From Vicinamibacterales bacterium (lineage in GTDB: Bacteria > Acidobacteriota > Vicinamibacteria > Vicinamibacterales > JAKQTR01): a stretch of 64,000 nucleotides of DNA. Below the pieces are notes generated by a model, which saw only the letters and a program-made list of their open reading frames with translations, searched no databases and was not told where the DNA came from. Positions 29,379 through 38,684 of this stretch are shown here, in pieces (the first letter of the stretch is position 1; every line of letters starts with the position of its first letter). Location: positions 19,255 through 83,254 of the forward strand of contig JALOKU010000009.1 in assembly GCA_025456345.1 (NCBI GenBank), in the 5' to 3' direction. Both the position numbers and the translations under genes were made by a program.

Positions 29379-32300
29379 ATGACACGGGAGCACATCACCA
29401 TCGACGGCAACGAGGCAGTCGCCTCCGTTGCGCACCGCACCAACGAAGTCATCGCGATCTACCCCATCACGCCCTCCTCCAACATGGGGGAATGGGCGGA
29501 CGAATGGTCCGCCAAGGGCATGAAGAACATCTGGGGCACGGTCCCGCAGGTCACCGAGATGCAGTCCGAAGGCGGCGCCTCGGGAGCCGTCCACGGCGCG
29601 CTCCAGGCGGGCGCCCTCACGACGACGTTCACCGCGTCGCAGGGCCTGCTGCTGATGATCCCGAACATGTTCAAGATCGCGGGCGAGCTGACCTCGTTCT
29701 GCATGCACGTGTCGGCCCGGACCGTCGCCACGCACGCCCTGTCGATTTTCGGTGATCACTCCGACGTCATGGCGTGCCGGCAGACCGGGTTCGCGATGCT
29801 GGCGTCTGGCTCCGTCCAGGAAGCCCACGACTTCGCCGCGATTGCCCAACTGGCGACGCTGCGGTCCCGCGTGCCCTTCCTGCATTTCTTCGACGGCTTC
29901 CGGACGTCGCACGAGGTCGCGAAGATCGTCTCGATTTCGGACGACGAGCTGCTGCAGCTGCTGCCCAACGACCTCATCGCGGCGCACCGGAACCGCGCGT
30001 TGACGCCGGACCGGCCCCTGCTGAGGGGGACCGCGCAGAACCCCGACGCGTTCTTCCAGGCTCGTGAGGCGTGCAACCGCTTCTACACCGAGTGTCCGTC
30101 GCACGTCGACGCGGCGATGGCCCAGTTCAAGGCCATCGTCGGCCGCTCGTACGGCCTGGCCGAGTACGTGGGTCACCCGGAGGCCGACCGCGTCATCGTC
30201 GTGATGGGCACCGGCGCCGAGGTGACGCATGAGGCCGTGGAATGGCTCAACGCCGGCGGCGCGAAGGTCGGCGTCCTGAAGCTCAGATTGTACCGTCCAT
30301 TCCCGCTGGACCACTTCATCAAGGCGCTGCCGTCCACGGTCAAGGCCATCGCGGTCCTCGACCGCACCAAGGAACCCGGGGCCCTCGGCGAACCCCTCTA
30401 CCTCGACGTCGTCACCGCGCTGCGCGAGGCCAAGGACAGCGGCCAGACGGCGTTCGCCGCCGATCCGAAGGTCATCGGCGGGCGCTACGGCCTCTCGTCC
30501 AAGGAGTTCACGCCGACGATGGTCAAGGCGGTGTTCGACGAACTGGCGAAGCCGGCGCCGAAAAACCACTTCACCATCGGCATCATGGACGACGTCACGC
30601 ACCTGTCGCTCCCCTACGACGCCGACCTGGATATCGAGCCGGACGAGGTGCGGCGCTGCGTGTTCTTCGGCCTCGGCGCCGACGGCACCGTGGGCGCGAA
30701 CAAGAACTCGATCAAGATCATCGGCGAAGAGACCGAGAATCACGCCCAGGGCTACTTCGTGTACGACTCGAAGAAAGCGGGCGCCATTACGATCTCGCAC
30801 CTGCGCTTCGGCCCGCGCCAGATCCGGTCGTCCTACCTGGTGAAGCAGGCGGCGTTCGTGGCCTGCCACCAGTACGAGTTCATGGACAAGTACGACGTGC
30901 TCGGCTACGCGGCGCCCGGCGGCGTGTTCCTGCTCAACAGCCCGTTCAGCGCCGGCGAGATCTGGGACCAACTGGCCCGCGAAGTGCAGCAGGAGATCCT
31001 CGACAAGAAGCTGTCCTTCTACGTGATCGACGCCTTCGCCGTGGCCAGCGACACCGGCATGGGCACGCGCATCAACACCGTGATGCAGACCTGCTTCTTC
31101 GCAATCTCCGGCGTGCTGCCGCGCGACGAGGCCATCGCGCAGATCAAGAAGTCCATCGAGAAGACGTACGGCAAACGCGGACCCGACGTGGTGCGCAAGA
31201 ACTTCGCGGCGGTCGACCAGACGCTGGCGAATCTCCACCAAGTCAAGGTGCCCGCCGCCGCCACGGCCACCCGCGCGCTGCCGCCCATCGTGTCGGACGC
31301 GGCGCCCGACTTCGTGAAGCGCGTGACCGCCGTGATGCTCGCCAACAAGGGCGACCTGCTGCCGGTCAGCGCCTTCCCGGTCGACGGCACGTGGCCGACG
31401 GCCACCGCGCAGTGGGAGAAGCGGAACATCGCGCAGGACATCCCGGTGTGGGATCCTGCCATCTGCATCCAGTGCAACAAGTGCGCGATGGTCTGCCCGC
31501 ACGCCGCCATCCGCGCGAAGGTCTACGAGTCCGATCTCCTGAAGGGCGCGCCGGAGACGTTCAAGGGCGTCGACTTCAAGGGCAACGAGTTCAAGGGGCT
31601 GAAGTACACGATTCAGATCGCGCCCGAGGACTGCACGGGCTGCACGCTGTGCGCCGTGGTCTGCCCGGCCAAGGACAAGGCGAACCCGAAGCACAAGTCC
31701 CTCGACATGCACCCGCAACGGCCGCTGCGCGACACGGAGCGCGAGAATTACGCGTTCTTCCTCGGCCTGCCGGAAGTCGATCGGACCAAGATCAAGATGG
31801 ATCTGAAGGGCGTGCAGTTTCTGCAGCCCCTCTTCGAGTACTCGGGGGCCTGCGTCGGCTGCGGCGAGACGCCGTACGTCAAGCTGCTCACGCAGTTGTT
31901 CGGCGACCGCACGGTCGTCGCCAACGCCACCGGCTGTTCGTCAATCTACGGCGGCAACCTGCCGACCACGCCGTACGCGGTCGACGCCAACGGCCGCGGC
32001 CCGGCCTGGTCCAACTCGCTCTTCGAAGACAACGCCGAGTTCGGCGTCGGTTACCGGCTGGCGTTCGACAAGCACGCCGAGCAGGCCCATGAACTGCTGA
32101 AGGTGCTGGGGGCCGGGTTGGGAGACACGCTGGTTGACGGCCTCCTCACCGCCGACCAGTCGACCGAGGCGGGCATCGCCGAACAGCGTGCCCGTGTGGC
32201 CGCGCTCGTCGACAAGCTGAGGGCCGTCGACAGCCTCCAGGCGCGCCGGTTGGAGAAGCTCGCGGACTATCTCGTCCGCAAGAGCGTCTGGATCGTGGGC

Positions 32301-32942
32301 GGAGACGGCTGGGCCTACGACATCGGGTACGGCGGCCTCGACCACGTGATGGCCATGGGCCGCGACGTCAACATCCTGGTGCTCGACACCGAGGTCTACT
32401 CGAACACGGGCGGCCAGGCGTCAAAGGCCACGCCCATCGGCGCGTCGGCCCGCTTCGCGATGGCCGGCAAAGCCACCGGCAAGAAGGACCTCGGCATGAT
32501 GGCCATGGCCTATGGCAACGTCTATGTCGCGCACGTCGCCTTCGGCGCCAAGGACGTGCAGACGGTGAAGGCGTTCCAGGAGGCCGAGGCGTACCCGGGC
32601 ACCTCGATCATCATCGCCTACAGCCACTGCATCGCCCACGGCTACGACATGGCGAAGGGCCTGGACCAGCAGAAACTGGCGGTCGACACCGGCTACTGGC
32701 CGCTCTTCCGCTTCGACCCGCGGCGCGCGGCGACCGGCGAGAGCCCGCTCGTGCTGGATTCGCCCGCACCCAAGCTCGACCTGGCCAAGTACACCGGGAA
32801 TGAAATGCGCTTCCGGGTCGTCGAACAGATGGATCCCGCGCGGTTCAAGATGCTGTCGCAGCAGGCCCAGGAGCAAGTCGCCCGGCGCGTCAGTCTCTAC
32901 GAGCAGCTGGCGAAGATGGCGTTCCCCGTGACGAAGGCGTAA
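29379..32942 (+). CDS. nifJ: Pyruvate:ferredoxin (flavodoxin) oxidoreductase, single-chain
   Basis: DGNEAVA, YPITPS, two CxxCxxCxxxCP motifs, GACVGCGE, NATGCSSIYG, GGDGWAYDIG. Real start is ATG 29379. Confidence 0.95.
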   Translation: MTREHITIDGNEAVASVAHRTNEVIAIYPITPSSNMGEWADEWSAKGMKNIWGTVPQVTEMQSEGGASGAVHGALQAGALTTTFTASQGLLLMIPNMFKIAGELTSFCMHVSARTVATHALSIFGDHSDVMACRQTGFAMLASGSVQEAHDFAAIAQLATLRSRVPFLHFFDGFRTSHEVAKIVSISDDELLQLLPNDLIAAHRNRALTPDRPLLRGTAQNPDAFFQAREACNRFYTECPSHVDAAMAQFKAIVGRSYGLAEYVGHPEADRVIVVMGTGAEVTHEAVEWLNAGGAKVGVLKLRLYRPFPLDHFIKALPSTVKAIAVLDRTKEPGALGEPLYLDVVTALREAKDSGQTAFAADPKVIGGRYGLSSKEFTPTMVKAVFDELAKPAPKNHFTIGIMDDVTHLSLPYDADLDIEPDEVRRCVFFGLGADGTVGANKNSIKIIGEETENHAQGYFVYDSKKAGAITISHLRFGPRQIRSSYLVKQAAFVACHQYEFMDKYDVLGYAAPGGVFLLNSPFSAGEIWDQLAREVQQEILDKKLSFYVIDAFAVASDTGMGTRINTVMQTCFFAISGVLPRDEAIAQIKKSIEKTYGKRGPDVVRKNFAAVDQTLANLHQVKVPAAATATRALPPIVSDAAPDFVKRVTAVMLANKGDLLPVSAFPVDGTWPTATAQWEKRNIAQDIPVWDPAICIQCNKCAMVCPHAAIRAKVYESDLLKGAPETFKGVDFKGNEFKGLKYTIQIAPEDCTGCTLCAVVCPAKDKANPKHKSLDMHPQRPLRDTERENYAFFLGLPEVDRTKIKMDLKGVQFLQPLFEYSGACVGCGETPYVKLLTQLFGDRTVVANATGCSSIYGGNLPTTPYAVDANGRGPAWSNSLFEDNAEFGVGYRLAFDKHAEQAHELLKVLGAGLGDTLVDGLLTADQSTEAGIAEQRARVAALVDKLRAVDSLQARRLEKLADYLVRKSVWIVGGDGWAYDIGYGGLDHVMAMGRDVNILVLDTEVYSNTGGQASKATPIGASARFAMAGKATGKKDLGMMAMAYGNVYVAHVAFGAKDVQTVKAFQEAEAYPGTSIIIAYSHCIAHGYDMAKGLDQQKLAVDTGYWPLFRFDPRRAATGESPLVLDSPAPKLDLAKYTGNEMRFRVVEQMDPARFKMLSQQAQEQVARRVSLYEQLAKMAFPVTKA

Positions 32943-33004
32943 CCGGTACCGCACCACCAACCAGCCTGGCGCCGGAATGAGGCGCCGGGCGATGGAGACT
33001 GGCC

Positions 33005-34000
<996 letters not shown>

Positions 34001-34006
<6 letters not shown>

Positions 34007-34064
34007 GGGCTAGGGGCTAGGGGCTAGGGGCTAGGGGCTAGGGGCTAGGGGCTAGGGGCTAGGG
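34001..34064. repeat. Perfect heptamer tandem repeat (GGCTAGG) x9
   Basis: Counted directly; starts on the last codons of the DHOD-like gene. Confidence 0.97.
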
Positions 34065-34179
34065 AAAGAACGATAGACTCTCACACCATTTCGCTGTCAA
34101 GTTGTCGGCATTGAGGATCGGGGAAAGAGTTTCGTCGCGGCGGGATCCGCCGGACGGAGCAGGATCCCCGGTCCTCAAT

Positions 34180-34452
34180 TCATGTACTGCGGCGCGCGGC
34201 GCCGCCCGACCCTAGCAGCGTGGCGATGCGCGCCCTGGCCCGCAGGCGCACGTCGGCGGGCAGCCTGGCGGTCCCCGCCTTGCGGCACGCATCGACCGTG
34301 TGTTTCAAGCTGTCGGCCATGGTTTGACAGCACGGGCACCGGCGCAAGTGCGCCGAGAGCGAGCGCCGCTCGGCCGGCGTCAGCTCGTCGTCGATGTACT
34401 TTGAGAGCTGTCCGAGCAGCGCACGGCAGCGATCCGATGCCGGCGACTTCAT
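34180..34452 (-). CDS. zf-HC2 (ZAS) anti-sigma factor
   Basis: 'LSKYIDDEL....HLRRCPCC' (HxxxCxxC); overlaps the sigma-factor stop. Confidence 0.85.
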   Translation of the reverse strand: MKSPASDRCRALLGQLSKYIDDELTPAERRSLSAHLRRCPCCQTMADSLKHTVDACRKAGTARLPADVRLRARARIATLLGSGGAARRST

Positions 34453-35084
34453 GGGGCCTCCAGATGCTGGCGCAGGCTCAGCCTCGCGCGGTGCAACCGG
34501 GTCTTCACGTTCGCCTCAGAGATGCCCACCACCGCGGCCACATCGCGCGTGGAGAGGCCCTCGACCTCCCTCAGGAACACGATCAGCCGGCTGTCGGGCG
34601 GCAGGGTCTGGAGCGCGCGGTGCAGCGACTGGCGGAGGCGCGAGTTTTCCATGACCTGGTCCGGCCGCCGCCCCTGGTCTTCGACGTCTATCCGCTGCAG
34701 GCTGCCGTCCGGGGCCATCGACACCTCGTCGAGCGAGTGCAGCCGCGCCGGCTCGTCCACGCGCCGCCTCCGGCTGATGAGGCAGGCGTTTTTCACCGTC
34801 CGGTACAGCCACGTCCTGAAGGCTGCCGGCTCCTTGATCTGGGCCGCGTGCCGGTAGGTCTTCAGCAGCGCCTCCTGCATCGCGTCGTCGGCGTCATCGG
34901 CGTGGCCGCAGACGAGCAGGCTGAACCGGTACGCGATCTCCTGGGTCTTCATCAGAAGCCGCTCCATGGCCGCCTGGTTCCCGCCCTGCGCCGCTCTCAG
35001 CAGCGTCGCGTAGTCGGTGCCTCGGGCGTCCTGGCCTTTGGTAGAGGGATTCGTTTCTGCGCGTTTGGTCACAGCAATCGTCAT
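34449..35084 (-). CDS. ECF RNA polymerase sigma-70 factor
   Basis: 'DADDAMQEALLK', 'FRTWLY', 'VFLREVEGLS..DVA..VG...VKTRLHRAR'. Start uncertain (ATG 35084 or GTG 35072). Confidence 0.88.
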   Translation of the reverse strand: MTIAVTKRAETNPSTKGQDARGTDYATLLRAAQGGNQAAMERLLMKTQEIAYRFSLLVCGHADDADDAMQEALLKTYRHAAQIKEPAAFRTWLYRTVKNACLISRRRRVDEPARLHSLDEVSMAPDGSLQRIDVEDQGRRPDQVMENSRLRQSLHRALQTLPPDSRLIVFLREVEGLSTRDVAAVVGISEANVKTRLHRARLSLRQHLEAP

Positions 35085-35219
35085 TGTAGCCTGTTCCGGC
35101 AGCCCTCCGCGCGCCGCAGCCCTCGTGTCACGTTCAGGTGAATTCCGCATCTCTGGAAGAGGCGAGGTCCGGGGCGCATCTTCGGGCCGGGATGGGCTAC
35201 GATAGGCGTTGGAGGCAGC

Positions 35220-35645
35220 ATGAAGGAATCGCGGTACGGCATGGGCGTCGACGTGGCGCTGCCCTACGAGCAGGCGGTGGAGCGCGCGACTGAGGAGTTG
35301 AAGAAAGAGGGATTCGGCATCCTGACCACCATCGACGTCCAGCAGACGCTCAAGCAGAAGCTCGACAAGGACTTCCGCAAGTACACGATTCTCGGGGCCT
35401 GCAATCCGCCGCTGGCCCACCGGGCGTTCGAGGCCGAACTCGAAATCGGCCTGCTGCTCCCCTGCAACGTCGTCGTCTACGAAACGGAACCCGGGCGGAG
35501 CGTGGTGTCGGCGATGGCCCCGATTGCCGCCATGGGCGTGGTCGGCGGCAACCCTGCCCTCAAGGACGTGGCGCGGGAAGCCGACGAGAAGCTGCGGCGA
35601 GCCCTGAAGGCCATCGAGGCCGTCGGCGCCGCGGAGAGGTCCTAG
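35220..35645 (+). CDS. DUF302 domain protein
   Basis: 'EGFGILTTIDVQQTLK', 'YTILGACNP', 'IGLLLPCNVVV'. Confidence 0.9.
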   Translation: MKESRYGMGVDVALPYEQAVERATEELKKEGFGILTTIDVQQTLKQKLDKDFRKYTILGACNPPLAHRAFEAELEIGLLLPCNVVVYETEPGRSVVSAMAPIAAMGVVGGNPALKDVAREADEKLRRALKAIEAVGAAERS

Positions 35646-35647
35646 CC

Positions 35648-35806
35648 GTGGACTACCTCATCCCCGTCGCGATCCTGGCGGTATGGGTCGTGCTGAATGC
35701 GTGGGTGCTGCCCAGGCTCGGCGTCCCGACTTGAATGAGCGGCGCGTGCGACGTCGAGTCTCGACGTCCAGACGAGAAGCGCGAACGGGAACGGGAGCAG
35801 GCGTGA
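35648..35806 (+). CDS. Candidate 52-aa single-TM selenoprotein (Sec at codon 29, UxxxxC)
   Basis: GGAGAGG ribosome-binding site and GTG start; MDYLIPVAILAVWVVLNAWVLPRLGVPT-[TGA 35732-35734]-MSGACDVESRRPDEKREREREQA; SECIS-like hairpin at 35750-35768. Confidence 0.65.
35750..35768 (+). promoter_or_regulatory. Putative bacterial SECIS element
   Basis: GACGTCG-AGTCT-CGACGTC hairpin starting 16 nt after the UGA; loop GU at +24/+25. Confidence 0.55.
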
Positions 35807-35828
35807 GCCGCGGCTCGCGCCCGCCGCG

Positions 35829-36395
35829 TCACGGCGACGCGCACCAGCCCGCGACGATGGCTGGATACGTCTCGAGCATCTTCAGGTAGCGCTCGCGATC
35901 GGGGTTCGTGGCGCGGCCGCCGGGGCTGTCGCTGAACTGCTCCACGATCGAGGCATGCTCCGCCTCGGTCAACACCTGGTCCGCGAGCTTGTAGAAGTAC
36001 TCGTCCTCGATCCGGATGTGCTCGCGGATGAGCTCCGTGTAGGCCCGCGCGTCGGCCGCCAGAGCCGAGGCGGCCGTCGGGTCCCGCTGCTGAAGCCGCT
36101 TCAGTTGCTTCTTCATCTTCGTCCCGTAGACCCGCCCGGCCTCGTGCTGCGAAACGAGCACGCTCACCACCGTCTGGTCGGGGCCGATGCCGTGCCTGGC
36201 TAGCAGCGGGAACAGCATCTCCTCTTCCCTGTCGTGGTGGCGGTCCGTGAAACTCTCGAAGAAGTCGAGCACGTCGACGAGCATCGGCATCGGGACCGGT
36301 TCGCCGCGTTCGAGCCGCCCGGCGACCGCGTCGAGGACGTCGAGCATGGAACTGAACCCGCGGTGCTCGTCCATCAGGACCGTGAGGAATCGCAT
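35829..36395 (-). CDS. Hemerythrin/HHE-domain protein
   Basis: 'LMDEH', 'HHDREEEMLFP', 'QHEAGR', 'EHIRIEDEYFY'. Confidence 0.88.
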   Translation of the reverse strand: MRFLTVLMDEHRGFSSMLDVLDAVAGRLERGEPVPMPMLVDVLDFFESFTDRHHDREEEMLFPLLARHGIGPDQTVVSVLVSQHEAGRVYGTKMKKQLKRLQQRDPTAASALAADARAYTELIREHIRIEDEYFYKLADQVLTEAEHASIVEQFSDSPGGRATNPDRERYLKMLETYPAIVAGWCASP

Positions 36396-36537
36396 GTCTG
36401 GGCTCTCCACTCCTTGCCGCGCGGCCACGCCGGACCGGCCCGTGGCACGCCGGGACGGCACCAGCCGCGAACGCGCTCATCCGAACCGGCTGGGGGCTGC
36501 GGAATCCCGGCAGGAGCAAGGGGACAGGCAAAAGGAT

Positions 36538-36553
36538 CGCAAGCTGCGTGCCG
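36538..36553 (-). promoter_or_regulatory. Putative sigma54 promoter for the hemerythrin gene
   Basis: Minus strand CGGCAC-GCAGC-TTGCG (GG-N10-GC) in the feoA-hemerythrin spacer. Confidence 0.5.
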
Positions 36554-36576
36554 GATCGGCCCGGATCAGGGCGTGT

Positions 36577-36816
36577 CTACTCGAGTTCGACGACGATGGC
36601 GCGGGCGACCGCTGGTTCGACGGCGAGTTCTGTGTGATCGCAGAGAAACACCACACCCGGGAACCGTTGGAGGACAGTCACGGTGGCACCGGGCGTCACG
36701 CCGAGGGCCATCAACCGATCGGCGCGGTCGGGATTCTCGCGCATGACCCGGAGCACCCGGCCGCTCGCCCCCGGGCGCATCGCCGACAGGCGCCGCGTCT
36801 TCTCAGAAGGTGACAT
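36577..36816 (-). CDS. feoA: Ferrous iron transport protein A
   Basis: 'LSAMRPG..GRV....RLMALGVTPGATVTV' SH3-like pattern; overlaps the end of feoB. Confidence 0.85.
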   Translation of the reverse strand: MSPSEKTRRLSAMRPGASGRVLRVMRENPDRADRLMALGVTPGATVTVLQRFPGVVFLCDHTELAVEPAVARAIVVELE

Positions 36817-38593
36817 GGAGTCCGCGCAGGATGGCGTTCAAGACGACGCCGGTGCCAAGCGCGATGACGGTGACCGCGCCCAGGATCCCCATGGCCGCTT
36901 TCAGGCCCTGCTCCTTGACCATCATGAGGAAGTTGGCCACGCACGGCACGAAGAGCGTCATCACGGTGAGCGCCACCACAGCCTGGACGCCGTCCAGCTC
37001 CCCCGCCTTCGACATCTGGAAGAGCCCGGCCGCGCCGTAGTCGCGACGCAGGAAGCCCATCACGAAGACGGTCGCGGCGTCTTTCGGCAGCCCGAGCAGC
37101 CCCGCCACGACGGGTTCCATCGCCTCGGTCAGCACCGTCAGCAGCCCAAGACGGCTGAGCGTGAACAGCAGCGCCGTGCCGAACAGGAACAGCGGGACGG
37201 CCTCGCCGAGGTACCAGCGCACGCGCAGCAGCGTCTTCCGGACGATGTTGCCGAGTTGCGGCAGCCGAAGCGGCGGAAGCTCCATGATGAATTCCGAGCG
37301 CTCGCCGGGGATGGTCCGCGCGGCGAGGAACCCCACCAGGAACATCTGGAGCATCACCACGCCAAACAACGTCACCAGGGCGAAGAACGACACGCCGCCG
37401 AGGATGCCGAGGATGGTGGCCAGCTGCGCCGAGCACGGGATGCCGAGCGCGAGCAGCAGGACCGCGATCAGCCGCTCCTTCGGCGTCCCGAGGATCCGCG
37501 TCGTCATCGTGGCCATCGTGTCGCAGCCAAGGCCGAGCACCATCGGCAGCACGGCCTTCCCGTTCAGCCCCATCGTGCGGAAGATCCGGTCGCTGAAGAT
37601 AGCCAGCCTGGGGATGTAGCCCGAATCCTCGAGGAACCCGAACACCAGGAAGAACGTGGCGACCACCGGCAGCACGATGGCGATGGCGTACGTGAGCCCC
37701 ATCGTGATGAGACCGTACTCGCCGACGAGAAAGTCCCTGGCGACCGCCCACGGCACGGCCCGGTTCACCAGGGCGATGGCGCCCGGGTTGATGAACTGCT
37801 CGAACAGGCCGCCCTCGATGAGGCCTACCAGCGTCTGGGCGCCGAACACCCCGACGGCGAGGTACATGCCGTAGAGCACGATGGCGAGAATCGGCAGGCC
37901 CGTCAGCGGCTCGCGGACGAGCCGTCCGAGACGCTCCTGGATGCGCGCGGCCGATCGCCGGCGATAGCAGCGATACTGGACCGCCAGATCGTGTGCGAGG
38001 TGCGCGTGGTCGCCGCGGTGCGGCGCATCAAACGCCGGCACCGCCGCGCGCCCGATCGCGTCGCGCAGTCCGGCAATGCCGCGCCCCTCGGTGGCCACCG
38101 TCTCGACCACCGGGATGCCCAGGCGCGCCGCCAGCCCCGCGGCGTCGATGACGATGCCGTGTACCCGGGCTTCGTCGATCATGTTCAGGACGAGCACCAT
38201 GGGCCGGCCGATGGCCGCCAGTTGCGAGGTGAGCATCAGGGCGCGCCGGAGGTTCCGGGCGTCCGAGACCTGGATGACGACGTCGGTCTGCCCGGCGTTG
38301 AGGATACGCCGCGCGACGAGTTCGTCCTCGGTGAGAGCCCCTTCGAGCGCCGTGACGCCGGGCGTGTCGACCAGTTCGCAGACTTCCCCGCCCAGCACGA
38401 CGCGCCCGGTTGTGAGCGCCACCGTCGTGCCGGGGTAGTTCGAGACGACGGCATACTGCCCGGTCAGACGGCCGAACAGGACGCTCTTGCCGACGTTGGC
38501 GTTGCCGACGAGCGCGATGCGGCGTGGGCGGGCCCGCAGCGTCAGAAGAGGGTCGGCTGCCGGTTCGCGCACCGCAGCCTGGGCGCAGGACAT
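36803..38593 (-). CDS. feoB: Ferrous iron transport protein B
   Basis: G1 GNANVGKS, NYPGTTV, DTPG, G4 NMID; 'LEDSGYIPRLA', 'GLGC', 'IPCSAQ', 'FVPCVA'. Confidence 0.92.
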   Translation of the reverse strand: MSCAQAAVREPAADPLLTLRARPRRIALVGNANVGKSVLFGRLTGQYAVVSNYPGTTVALTTGRVVLGGEVCELVDTPGVTALEGALTEDELVARRILNAGQTDVVIQVSDARNLRRALMLTSQLAAIGRPMVLVLNMIDEARVHGIVIDAAGLAARLGIPVVETVATEGRGIAGLRDAIGRAAVPAFDAPHRGDHAHLAHDLAVQYRCYRRRSAARIQERLGRLVREPLTGLPILAIVLYGMYLAVGVFGAQTLVGLIEGGLFEQFINPGAIALVNRAVPWAVARDFLVGEYGLITMGLTYAIAIVLPVVATFFLVFGFLEDSGYIPRLAIFSDRIFRTMGLNGKAVLPMVLGLGCDTMATMTTRILGTPKERLIAVLLLALGIPCSAQLATILGILGGVSFFALVTLFGVVMLQMFLVGFLAARTIPGERSEFIMELPPLRLPQLGNIVRKTLLRVRWYLGEAVPLFLFGTALLFTLSRLGLLTVLTEAMEPVVAGLLGLPKDAATVFVMGFLRRDYGAAGLFQMSKAGELDGVQAVVALTVMTLFVPCVANFLMMVKEQGLKAAMGILGAVTVIALGTGVVLNAILRGLHVTF

Positions 38594-38652
38594 CCGGTGC
38601 CTCTTACGCCGGCCCGCGAGTGGCGGTGCCGGCCGGGGCAATCGCCCCTCTA

Positions 38653-38669
38653 TTGAGATCCAATCTCAA
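38653..38669. promoter_or_regulatory. Fur-box-like palindrome upstream of feoB
   Basis: TTGAGAT-CCA-ATCTCAA (7-3-7 inverted repeat), 60 nt upstream of the feoB start. Confidence 0.6.
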
Positions 38670-38684
38670 CACGCTCCCATCGTA

